A stretch of DNA of 33,702 bases from Utricularia gibba. Taxonomy: Eukaryota; Plantae; Magnoliophyta. Both the position numbers and the translations under genes were made by a program. The stretch lies in NCBI GenBank assembly GCA_002189035.1, contig NEEC01000407.1:1-33702 (forward strand), written 5' to 3'. A model generated the notes under the pieces. The model did not search any database. It worked only from the letters and a program-made list of their open reading frames with translations, and was not told the DNA's origin. Shown in pieces: positions 1-12,800 of the stretch; position 1 is the first letter of the stretch; each line of letters starts with the position of its first letter.

Positions 1-3000
1 CGGCTTGCGAAACACGCGTGATTCGTTAATATATGTCAAATCTTGAATTTCGCGGCATTCTCATGCGTTTCCGAGTGTGCTCGGGCCCTGGGAATTCCTA
101 CATTAAGGGGTGGCCTCGCGCAGCCTTCGCCATTGACGCCACATCGTCCAAACCGTTTAGAGTCACGCGACACACAGCATACCGTTTCGAAGCTCATTCT
201 AAGACGATCGTTTTTCGTGTTGGAAATCGCCCATCCGAGGAAAGTTCGAAGCTCGACGGATGGCCCTATATAAGCCTTGAATGGTGTCACAAAATGGCTA
301 GCCATTGGGGACGTTGCGACTCCTTTGCTCGTTTTTATGCGAAAATTGTTCTCGGATTGCGAAACACGCGTGATTCGTTAATATATGTCAAAATCTTGAA
401 TTTCGCGGCATTCTCATGCGTTTCTCCGAGTGTGCTCGGCCCCCTGGGACTTCCTACACCAAGGGGTGGCCTCGCGCAGCCTTCGCCATTGACGCCACAT
501 CGTCCAAACCGTTTAGAGTCACGCGACACACAGCATACCGTTTCGAAGCTCATTCTGAGACGATCGTTTTTCGTGTTGGGAGTCGCCATCCGAAAAAGTT
601 CGAAGCTCAAAGGATGCCTATATTAGCCTTGAATGGTTTCACAAAATGGTCTAGCCATTGGGGACGTTGCGACTCCTTTGCTCGTTTTTATGCGAAAATT
701 TTTCGGATTGCGAAACCGCGTGATTCGTTAATATATGTAAAATCTTGAATTTCGCATTCTCATGCGTTTCTATGGGTGTGCTCGGGCTGGACTTCCTACA
801 CAAGGGGTGCCTCGCGCAGCCTCGCCATTGACGCCACATCGTCCAAACCGTTTAGAGTCACGCGACACACAGCATACCGTTTCGAAGCTCATTCTGAGAC
901 GATCGTTTTTCGTGTTGGGAGCTCGCCCATCCGAGGAAAGTTCGAAGCTCGAAGGATGGCCTTATATTAGCCTTGAATGGTTTCACAAAATGGTCTAGCC
1001 ATTGGGGACATTGCGACTCCTTTGCTCGTTTTTATGCGAAAATATTCTCGGATTGCGAAACACGCGTGATTCGTTAATATATGTCAAAATCTTGAATTTC
1101 GCCATTCTCATGCGTTTCTCCGAGTGTGCTCGGGCCCTGGAATTCCTACATTAAGGGGTGGCCTCGCGCAGCCTTCGCCATTGACGCCACATCGTCCAAA
1201 CCGTTTAGAGTCACGCGACACACAGCATACCGTTTCGAAGCTCATTCTAAGACGATCGTTTTTCGTGTTGGGAAATCGCCCATCCGAGGAAAGTTCGAAG
1301 CTTGACGGATGGCCCTATATAAGCCTTGAATGGTGTCACAAATGGCTAGCCATTGGGGACGTTGCGACTCCTTTGCTCGTTTTTATGCGAAAATTGTTCT
1401 CGGATTGCGAAACACGCGTGATTCGTTAATATATGTAAAATCTTGAATTTCGCGGCATTCTCATGCGTTTCTATGGGTGTGCTCGGGCCTGGGACTTCCT
1501 ACACCAAGGGGTGGCCTCGCGCAGCCTTCGCCATTGACGCCACATCGTCCAAACCGTTTAGAGTCACGCGACACACTGCATACCGTTTCGAAGCTCATTC
1601 TGAGACGATCGTTTTTCGTGTTGGGAAATCGCCCATCCGAGGAAAGTTCGAAGCTCGACGGATGGCCCTATATAAGCCTTGAATGGTGTCACAAAATGGC
1701 TAGCCATTGGGGACGTTGGACCGTTTGCTCGTTTTTATGCGAAAACTAATCTCGGCTTGCGAAACACGCGAGATTCGTTAATATATGTAAAAATCTTGAA
1801 TTTCGCGGCATTCTCATGCGTTTCTACGGGTGTGCTCGGCCCCGGGACTTCCTACACCAAGGGGTGGCCTCGCGCAGCCTTCGCTATTGACGCCACATCG
1901 TCCAAACCGTTTAGAGTCACGCGACACACAGCATACCGTTTCGAAGCTCATTCTGAGACGATCGTTTTTCGTGTTGGAAGTTCGCCATCTCCGAGGAAAG
2001 TTCGAAGCTCGACGGATGGCCCTACATAAGCCTTGAATGGTGTCACAAAATGGCCTAGCCATTGGGGACGTTGGGACTCGTTTGCTCGTTTTTATGCGAA
2101 AATTGTTCTCGGCTTGCGAAACACGCGTGATTCGTTAATATATGTCAAAATCTTGAATTTCGCGGCATTCTCATGCGTTTCTAGGGTGTGCTCGGGCCCG
2201 GGAATTCCTACACCAAGGGGTGGCCTCGCGCAGCCTTCGCCATTGACGCCACATCGTCCAAACCGTTTAGAGTCACGCGACACACAGCATACCGTTTCGA
2301 AGCTCATTCTGAGACGATCGTTTTTCGTGTTGGGAGTTCGCCCATCCGAGGAAAGTTCGAAGCTCGACGGATGGCCCTATATAAGCCTTGAATGGTGTCA
2401 CAAAATGGTCTAGCCATTGGGGACGCGACTCCTTTGCTCGTTTTTATGCGAAAATTATTCTCGGATTGCGAAACACGCGTGATTCGTTAATATATGTCAA
2501 AATCTTGAATTTCGCGGCATTCTCATGCGTTTCTCCAGTGTGCTCGGGCTTGGGAATTCCTACATTAAGGGGTGGCCTCGCGCAGCCTTCGCCATTGACG
2601 CCACATCGTCCAAACCGTTTAGAGTCACGCGACACACAGCATACCGTTTCGAAGCTCATTCGAGACGGTCGTTTTTCGTGTTGGGAGTTGCCCATCCGAG
2701 GAAAGTTCGAAGCTCGAAGGATGGCCTATATTAGCCTTCAATGGTCAAAATGGTCTAGCATTGGGGACATTGCGACTCCTTTGCTCGTTTTTATGAAAAC
2801 TAATTTCGGCTTGCGAAACACGCGTGATTCGTTAATATATGTCAAAATCTTGAATTTCGCGGCATTCTCATGCGTTTCTAAGTGTGCTCGGGCCCTGGGA
2901 CTTCCTACACCAAGGGGTGGCCTCGCGCAACCTTCGCATTGACGCCACATCAAAAACCGTTTAGAGTCACACGAACACAGCATACCGTTTCGAAGCTCAT

Positions 3001-5611
3001 TCGAGACGGTCGTTTTTGTGTTGAAAGCTTGCCCATCCGAGGAAAGTTCGAAGCGGGATGGCCCTATATAAGCCTTGAATGGTGTCACAAATGGCCTAGC
3101 CATTGGGGACGTTGGGACTCGTTTGCTCGTTTTTATGCGAAAACTCGGCTTGCGAAACACGCGTGATTCGTTAATATATGTCAAAATCTTGAATTTCGCG
3201 GCATTCTCATGCGTTTCTCCGAGTGTGCTCGGGCCCTGGGAATTCCTACATTAAGGGGTGGCCTCGCGCAGCCTTCGCATTGTCGTCCAAACCGTTTAGA
3301 GTCACGCGACACACAGCATACCGTTTCGAAGCTCATTCCGAGACGGTCGTTTTTCGTGTTGGGAGCTTGCCCATCCGAGGAAAGTTCGAAGCTCGAAGGA
3401 TGGCCTTATATTAGCCTTCAATGGTCCCAAATGGTCTAGCCATTGGGGACGTTGGACTCCTTTGCTCGTTTTTATGCGAAAATAATTCTCGGCTTGCGAA
3501 ACACGCGTGATTCGTTAATATATGTCAAAATCTTGAATTTCGCGGCATTCTCATGCGTTTCTAGGGTGTGCTCGGGCCCTGGGACTTCCTACACCAAGGG
3601 GTGGCCTCGCGCAGCCTTCGCCATTGACGCCACATCGTCCAAACCGTTTAGAGTCACGCGACACACAGCATACCGTTTCGAAGCTCATTCTGAGACGATC
3701 GTTTTTCGTGTTGGAAGTTCGCCCATCCGAGGAAAGTTCGAAGCTCGACGGATGGCCCTATATAAGCCTTGAATGGTGTCACAAAATGGCCTAGCCATTG
3801 GGGACGTTGGGACTCGTTTGCTCGTTTTTATGCGAAAATTGTTCTCGGCTTGCGAAACACGCGTGATTCGTTAATATATGTCAAAATCTTGAATTTCGCG
3901 GCATTCTCATGCGTTTCTCGAGTGTGCTCGGGCCCTGGGAATTCCTACATTAAGGGGTGGCCTCGCGCAGCCTTCGCCATTGACGCCACATCGTCCAAAC
4001 CGTTTAGAGTCACGCGACACACAGCATACCGTTTCGAAGCTCATTCTGAGACGATCGTTTTTCGTGTTGGGACGCCCATCCGAGGAAAGTTCGAAGCTCG
4101 ACGGATGGCCCTATATAAGCCTTGAATGGTGTCACAAAATGGCCTAGCCATTGGGGACGTTGCGACTCCTTTGCTCGTTTTTATGCGAAAATTGTTCTCG
4201 GATTGCGAAACACGCGTGATTCGTTAATATATGTAAAAATCTTGAATTTCGCGGCATTCTCATGCGTTTCTATGGGTGTGCTCGGGCCCGGGACTTCCTA
4301 CACCAAGGGGTGGCCTCGCGCAGCCTTCGCCATTGACGCCACATCGTCCAAACGTTTAGAGTCACGCGACACAGCATACCGTTTCGAAGCTCATTCTGAG
4401 ACGATCGTTTTTCGTGTTGGGAGTCGCCCATCCGAGGAAAGTTCGAAGCTCGACGGATGGCCCTATATAAGCCTTGAATGGTGTCACAAAATGGCCTAGC
4501 ATTTGGGGACGTTGGACTCCTTTGCTCGTTTTTATGCGAAAACTAATCTCGGCTTGCGAAACACGCGTGATTCGTTAATATATGTCAAAATCTTGAATTT
4601 CGCGGCATTCTCATGCGTTTCTACGGGTGTGCTCGGGCCCCGGGACTTCCTACACCAAGGGGTGGCCTCGCGCAGCCTTCGCCATTGACGCCACATCGTC
4701 CAAACCGTTTAGAGTCACGCGACACACAGCATACCGTTTCGAAGCTCATTCCGAGACGGTCGTTTTTCGTGTTGGAAGTTCGCCCATCCGAGGAAAGTTC
4801 GAAGCTCGACGGATGGCCCTATATAAGCCTTGAATGGTGTCACAAAATGGCCTAGCCATTGGGGACGTTGGGACTCGTTTGCTCGTTTTTATGCGAAAAT
4901 TGTTCTCGGCTTGCGAAACACGCGTGATTCGTTAATATATGTCAAAATCTTGAATTTCGCGGCATTCATGCGTTTCTCCGAGTGTGCTCGGGCCCTGGGA
5001 ATTCCTACATTAAGGGGTGGCCTCGCGCAGCCTTCGCCATTGACGCCACATCGTCCAAACCGTTTAGAGTCACGCGACACACAGCATACCGTTTCGAAGC
5101 TCATTCTGAGACGATCGTTTTTCGTGTTGGGAACGCCCATCCGAGGAAAGTTCGAAGCTCGACGGATGGCCCTATATAAGCCTTGAATGGTGTCACAAAA
5201 TGGCCTAGCCATTGGGGACGTTGCGACTCCTTTGCTCGTTTTTATGCGAAAATGTTCTCTCGGATTGCGAAACACGCGTGATTCGTTAATATATGTCAAA
5301 ATCTTGAATTTCGCGGCATTCTCATGCGTTTCTCCGAGTGTGCTCGGGCCCTGGGAATTCCTACATTAAGGGGTGGCCTCGCGCAGCCTTCGCCATTGAC
5401 GCCACATCGTCCAAACCGTTTAGAGTCACGCGACACACAGCATACCGTTTCGAAGCTCATTCCGAGACGGTCGTTTTTCGTGTTGGGAGCTTGCCCATCC
5501 GAGGAAAGTTCGAAGCTCGAAGGATGGCCTTATATTAGCCTTCAATGGTGTCAAAATGGTCTAGCCATTGGGGACATTGCGACTCCTTTGCTCGTTTTTA
5601 TGCGAAAAACT

Positions 5612-5910
5612 CGGCTTGCGAAACACGCGTGATTCGTTAATATATGTCAAAATCTTGAATTTCGCGGCATTCGTCCGCTTCAAAGGGGTGGCCTCAGCCT
5701 TCGCCATTGAACCATCGTTTAGAGTCACGCGACACACAGCATACCGTTTCGAAGCTCATTCCGAGACGGTCGTTTTTCGTGTTGGGAGTTCGCCCATCCG
5801 AGGAAAGTTCGAAGCTCGACGGATGGCCTATATAAGCCTTAAATGGTGTCCAAAATGGTCTAGCCATTGGGACATTGCGACTCCTTTGCTCGTTTTTATG
5901 CGAAAATTTT
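5612..5910 (+). repeat. Truncated/garbled monomer 17 (299 bp)
   Basis: 5671-5722 (TCGTCCGCTTCAAAGGGGTGGCCTCAGCCTTCGCCATTGAACCATCGTTTAG) retains only scattered pieces of the consensus. About 58 bp are missing. Confidence 0.9.
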
Positions 5911-6600
5911 CGGATTGCGAAACACGCGTGATTCGTTAATATATGTCAAAATCTTGAATTTCGCGGCTCTCGCGTTTCTCTCAGTGTGCTCGGCCCTGGG
6001 AATTCCTACATTAAGGGGTGGCCTCGCGCAGCCTTCGCAATTGACGCCACATCTTCCAAACCGTTTAGAGTCACGCGACACAAGCATACGTTTCGAAGCT
6101 CATTCTGAGACGGTCGTTTTTCGTGTTGGGAGTTGCCCATCCGAGGAAAGTTCGAAGCTCGAAGGATGGCCTTATATTAGCCTTCAATGGTGTCACAAAT
6201 GGTCTAGCCATTGGGGACATTGCGACTCCTTTGCTCGTTTTTATGCGAAAATTATTCTCGGTTGCGAAACGCGTGATTCGTTAATATATGTCAAAATCTT
6301 GAATTTCGCGGCATTCTCATGCGTTTCTCCGAGTGTGCTCGGGCCCTGGAATTCCTACATTAAGGGGTGGCCTCGCGCAGCCTTCGCCATGACGCCACAT
6401 CCAAACCGTTTAGAGTCACGCGACACACAGCATACCGTTTCGAAGCTCATTCTAAGACGATCGTTTTTCGTGTTGGGAAATCGCCCATCCGAGGAAAGTT
6501 CGAAGCTCGACGGATGGCCCTATATAAGCCTTGAATGGTGTCACAAAATGGCTAGCCATTGGGACGTTGCGACTCTTTGCTCGTTTTTATGCGAAAATCT

Positions 6601-6866
6601 CGGATTGCGAAACACGCGTGATTCGTTAATATATAAAAAATATTCTCATGCGTTTCTACCCTCCCGCCTTTGTCGTTTTTAGAGTCACGCGACACACCAT
6701 ACGTTTCGAAGCTCATTCTGAGACGATCGTTTTCGTGTTGTCGCCCATCCGGGAAAGTTCGAAGCTCGACGGATGGCCCTATATAAGCCTTGAATGGTGT
6801 CACAAAATGGCCTAGCCATTGGGGACGTTGGGACTCGTTTGCTCGTTTTTATGCGAAAACTAATCT
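6601..6866 (+). repeat. Truncated/garbled monomer 20 (266 bp)
   Basis: 6634-6682 replaces roughly 130 bp of consensus with TAAAAAATATTCTCATGCGTTTCTACCCTCCCGCCTTTGTCGTTTTTAG. The monomer is about 90 bp short overall. Confidence 0.9.
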
Positions 6867-9800
6867 CGGCTTGCGAAACACGCGTGATTCGTTAATATAT
6901 GTAAAAATCAATTTCGCGGCATTCTCATGCGTTTCTCCGGGTGTGCTCGGGCCCTGGGACTTCCTACACCAAGGGGTGGCCTCGCGCAGCCTTCGCCATT
7001 GACGCCACATCGTCAAAACCGTTTAGAGTCACGCGACACACAGCATACCGTTTCGAAGCTCATTCTGAGACGATCGTTTTTCGTGTTGGGAGTTCGCCCA
7101 TCCGAGGAAAGTTCGAAGCTCGACGGATGGCCCTATATAAGCCTTGAATGGTGTCACAAAATGGCCTAGCCATTGGGGACGTTGGGACTCGTTTGCTCGT
7201 TTTTATGCGAAAATTGTTCTCGGCTTGCGAAACACGCGTGATTCGTTAATATATGTCAAAATCTTGAATTTCGCGGCATTCTCATGCGTTTCTCCAGTGT
7301 GCTCGGGCCCTGGGAATTCCTACATTAAGGGGTGGCCTCGCGCAGCCATTGACGCCACATCGTCCAACCGTTTAGAGTCACGCGACACACAGCATACCGT
7401 TTCGAAGCTCATTCAGACGGTCGTTTTTCGTGTTGGGAGTTCGCCCATCCGAGGAAAGTTCGAAGCTCGACGGATGGCCCTATATAAGCCTTGAATGGTG
7501 TCACAAAATGGCCTAGCCATTGGGGACGTTGGGACTCCTTTGCTCGTTTTTATGCGAAAATAATCTCGGCTTGCGAAACACGCGTGATTCGTTAATATAT
7601 GTCAAAATCTTGAATTTCGCGGCATTCTCATGCGTTTCTCGGTGTGCTCGGGCCCTGGGAATTCCTACATTAAGGGGTGGCCTCGCGCAGCCTTCGCCAT
7701 TGACGCCACATCGTCCAAACCGTTTAGTCACGCGACACACAGCATACCGTTTCGAAGCTCATTCTGAGACGATCGTTTTTCGTGTTGGGAATCGCCCATC
7801 CGAGGAAAGTTCGAAGCTCGACGGATGGCCCTATATAAGCCTTGAATGGTGTCACAAAATGGCCTAGCCATTGGGGACGTTGCGACTCCTTTGCTCGTTT
7901 TTATGCGAAAATTGTTCTCGGATTGCGAAACACGCGTGATTCGTTAATATATGTCAAAATCTTGAATTTCGCGGCATTCTCATGCGTTTCTCCGAGTGTG
8001 CTCGGGCCTGGGAATTCCTACATTAAGGGGTGGCCTCGCGCAGCCTTCGCCATTGACGCCAATCGTCCAAACCGTTTAGAGTCACGCGACACACGCATCG
8101 TTTCGAAGCTCATTCCGAGACGTCGTTTTTCGTGTTGGGAGCTTGCCCATCCGAGGAAAGTTCGAAGCTCGACGGATGGCCTATATAAGCCTTCAATGGT
8201 GTCACAAAATGCCTAGCCATTGGGGACGTTGGACTCGTTTGCTCGTTTTTATGCGAAAATAATCTCGGCTTGCGAAACACGCGTGATTCGTTAATATATG
8301 TAAAAATCTTGAATTTCGCGGCATTCTCATGCGTTTCTCTGTGCTCGGGCCCGGGAATTCCTACACAAGGGGTGGCCTCGCGCAGCCTTCGCCATTGACG
8401 CCACATCGTCCAAACCGTTTAGAGTCACGCGACACACAGCATACCGTTTCGAAGCTCATTCCGAGACGGTCGTTTTTCGTGTTGGGAGTTCCCATCCGAG
8501 GAAAGTTCGAAGCTCGACGGATGGCCTATATTAAGCCTTGAATGGTGTCACAAAATGGCCTAGCCATTGGGGACGTTGGGACTCGTTTGCTCGTTTTTAT
8601 GCGAAAATTGTTCTCGGCTTGCGAAACACGCGTGATTCGTTAATATATGTCAAAATCTTGAATTTCGCGGCATTCTCATGCGTTTCTCCGAGTGTGCTCG
8701 GGCCCTGGGAATTCCTACATTAAGGGGTGGCCTCGCAGCCTTCGCCATTGACGCCACATCGTCCAAACCGTTTAGAGTCACGCGACACACATTACCGTTT
8801 CGAAGCTCATTCTGAGACGATCGTTTTTCGTGTTGGGAGTCGCCCATCCGAGGAAAGTTCGAAGCTCGACGGATGGCCCTATATAAGCCTTGAATGGTGT
8901 CACAAAATGGCCTAGCCATTGGGGACGTTGCGACTCCTTTGCTCGTTTTTATGCGAAAATTGTTCTCGGATTGCGAAACACGCGTGATTCGTTAATATAT
9001 GTAAAAATCTTGAATTTCGGGCATTCTCATGCGTTTCTGGGTGTGCTCGGGTGGGACTTCCTACACCAAGGGGTGGCCTCGCGCAGCCTTCGCCATTGAC
9101 GCCACATCGTCCAAACCGTTTAGAGTCACGCGACACAGCATACCGTTTCGAAGCTCATTCTGAGACGGTCGTTTTCGTGTTGGGACGCCCATCCGAGGAA
9201 AGTTCGAAGCTCGACGGATGGCCTATATAAGCCTTGAATGGTGTCACAAAATGGTCTAGCCATTGGGACGTTGGGACTCCTTTGCTCGTTTTTATGCGAA
9301 AATATTCTCGGCTTGCGAAACACGCGTGATTCGTTAATATATGTCAAAATCTTGAATTTCGCGGCATTCTCATGCGTTTCTCGGGTGTGCTCGGGCCCTG
9401 GGACTTCCTACACCAAGGGGTGGCCTCGCGCAGCCTTCGCCATTGACGCACATCGTCCAAACCGTTTAGAGTCACGCGACACACAGCATACCGTTTCGAA
9501 GCTCATTCTGAGACGGTCGTTTTTCGTGTTGGGAGTTCGCCCATCCGAGGAAAGTTCGAAGCTCGACGGATGGCCCTATATAAGCCTTGAATGGTGTCAC
9601 AAAATGGCCTAGCCATTGGGGACGTTGGGACTCGTTTGCTCGTTTTTATGCGAAAATTGTTCTCGGCTTGCGAAACACGCGTGATTCGTTAATATATGTC
9701 AAAATCTTGAATTTCGCGGCATTCTCATGCGTTTCTCGAGTGTGCTCGGGCCCTGGGAATTCCTACATTAAGGGGTGGCCTCGCGCAGCCTTCGCCATTG

Positions 9801-12800
9801 ACGCCACATCGTCCAAACCGTTTAGAGTCACGCGACACACAGCATACCGTTTCGAAGCTCATTCTGAGACGATCGTTTTTTCGTGTTGGGAGTCGCCCAT
9901 CCGAGGAAAGTTCGAAGCTCGACGGATGGCCTATATAAGCCTTGAATGGTGTCACAAAATGGCCTAGCCATTGGGGACGTTGCGACTCCTTTGCTCGTTT
10001 TTATGCGAAAATTGTTCTCGGATTGCGAAACACGCGTGATTCGTTAATATATGTCAAAATCTTGAATTTCGCGGCATTCTCATGCGTTTCTCCGGTGTGC
10101 TCGGGCCCTGGGAATTCCTACATTAAGGGGTGGCCTCGCGCAGCCTTCGCCATTGACGCCACATCGTCCAAACCGTTTAGAGTCACGCGACACACAGCAT
10201 ACCGTTTCGAAGCTCATTCCGAGACGGTCGTTTTTCGTGTTGGGAGTTGCCCATCCGAGGAAAGTTCGAAGCTCGAAGGATGGCCCTATATAAGCCTTGA
10301 ATGGTGTCACAAAATGGCTAGCCATTGGGGACATGCGACTCCTTTGCTCGTTTTTATGCGAAAATTACTCGGCTTGCGAAACACGCGTGATTCGTTAATA
10401 TATGTCAAAATCTTGAATTTCGCGGCATTCTCATGCGTTTCTCGGGTGTGCTCGGGCCCTGGGAATTCCTACACAAGGGGTGGCCTCGCGCAGCCTTCGC
10501 CATTGACGCCACATCGTCCAAACCGTTTAGAGTCACGCGACACACAGCATACCGTTTCGAAGCTCATTCCGAGACGGTCGTTTTTCGTGTTGGGAGTTCG
10601 CCCATCCGAGGAAAGTTCGAAGCTCGACGGATGGCCCTATATAAGCCTTGAATGGTGTCACAAAATGGCTAGCCATTGGGGACGTTGCGACTCCTTTGCT
10701 CGTTTTTATGCGAAAATTATTCTCGGCTTGCGAAACACGCGTGATTCGTTAATATATGTCAAAATCTTGAATTTCGCGGCATTCTCATGCGTTTCTCCGA
10801 GTGTGCTCGGGCCCTGGGAATTCCTACATTAAGGGGTGGCCTCGCGCAGCCTTCGCAATTGACGCCACATCGTCCAAACCGTTTAGAGTCACGCGACACA
10901 AAGCATACCGTTTCGAAGCTCATTCTGAGACGGTCGTTTTTCGTGTTGGGAGCTTGCCCATCCGAGGAAAGTTCGAAGCTCGAAGGATGGCCTTATATTA
11001 GCCTTCAATGGTGTCACAAAATGGCTAGCCATTGGGGACATTGCGACTCCTTTGCTCGTTTTTATGCGAAAATAATCTCGGCTTGCGAAACACGCGTGAT
11101 TCGTTAATATATGTCAAAATCTTGAATTTCGCGGCATTCTCATGCGTTTCTAGTGTGCTCGGGCCCTGGGAATTCCTACATTAAGGGGTGGCCTCGCGCA
11201 GCCTTCGCCATTGACGCCACATCGTCCAAAACCGTTTAGAGTCACGCGACACACAGCATACCGTTTCGAAGCTCATTCTGAGACGATCGTTTTTCGTGTT
11301 GGGAGTCGCCCATCCGAGGAAAGTTCGAAGCTCGACGGATGGCCCTATATAAGCCTTGAATGGTGTCACAAAATGGCTAGCCATTGGGGACGTTGCGACT
11401 CCTTTGCTCGTTTTTATGCGAAAATTATTCTCGGCTTGCGAAACACGCGTGATTCGTTAATATATGTCAAAATCTTGAATTTCGCGGCATTCTCATGCGT
11501 TTCTCCGAGTGTGCTCGGGCCCTGGGAATTCCTACATTAAGGGGTGGCCTCGCAGCCTTCGCCATTGACGCCACATCGTCCAAACCGTTTAGAGTCACGC
11601 GACACACAGCATACCGTTTCGAAGCTCATTCTGAGACGGTCGTTTTTCGTGTTGGAAGTTCGCCCATCCGAGGAAAGTTCGAAGCTCGACGGATGGCCCT
11701 ATATAAGCCTTGAATGGTGTCACAAAATGGCCTAGCCATTGGGGACGTTGGGACTCGTTTGCTCGTTTTTATGCGAAAATTGTTCTCGGCTGCGAAACAC
11801 GCGTGATTCGTTAATATATGTCAAAATCTTGAATTTCGCGGCATTCTCATGCGTTTCTCCGAGTGTGCTCGGGCCCTGGGAATTCCTACATTAAGGGGTG
11901 GCCTCGCGCAGCCTTCGCCATTGACGCCACATCGTCCAAACCGTTTAGAGTCACGCGACACACAGCATACCGTTTCGAAGCTCATTCTGAGACGATCGTT
12001 TTTCGTGTTGGGAGTTGCCCATCCGAGGAAAGTTCGAAGCTCGAAGGATGGCCTTATATTAGCCTTCAATGGTCACAAAATGGTCTAGCCATTGGGGACG
12101 TTGCGACTCCTTTGCTCGTTTTTATGCGAAAATTATTCTCGGCTTGCGAAACACGCGTGATTCGTTAATATATGTCAAAAATCTTGAATTTCGCGGCATT
12201 CTCATGCGTTTCTCCGGTGTGCTCGGGCCCTGGGAATTCCTACACCAAGGGGTGGCCTCGCGCAGCCTTCGCCATTGACGCCACATCGTCCAAACCGTTT
12301 AGAGTCACGCGACACACAGCATACCGTTTCGAAGCTCATTCTGAGACGATCGTTTTTCGTGTTGGGAGTCGCCCATCCGAGGAAAGTTCGAAGCTCGACG
12401 GATGGCCCTATATAAGCCTTGAATGGTGTCACAAAATGGCCTAGCCATTGGGGACGTTGGGACTCCTTTGCTCGTTTTTATGCGAAAATTTCTCGGCTTG
12501 CGAAACACGCGTGATTCGTTAATATATGTCAAAATCTTGAATTTCGCGGCATTCTCATGCGTTTCTCCGAGTGTGCTCGGGCCCTGGGAATTCCTACATT
12601 AAGGGGTGGCCTCGCGCAGCCTTCGCCATTGACGCCACATCGTCCAAACCGTTTAGAGTCACGCGACACACAGCATACCGTTTCGAAGCTCATTCTGAGA
12701 CGATCGTTTTTCGTGTTGGGAGTTCGCCCATCCGAGGAAAGTTCGAAGCTCGACGGATGGCCCTATATAAGCCTTGAATGGTGTCACAAATGGCCTAGCC

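Noticed and set aside
3701-3725. CENP-B-box-like TTTCGTGTTGGAAGTTCG
   Set aside because: It resembles YTTCGTTGGAARCGGGA only with a 2-bp gap and lacks the essential CGGG at the required spacing.
9942-10832. Longest ORFs (296 aa at 9942-10832, 271 aa at 5867-6682, 219 aa on the minus strand at 30725-31384) and all other listed ORFs
   Set aside because: They are repeated translations of the satellite monomer. An intact 357-bp monomer has stops in all three plus-strand frames, and ORFs extend only where small indels hop frames. I recognise no protein domain.
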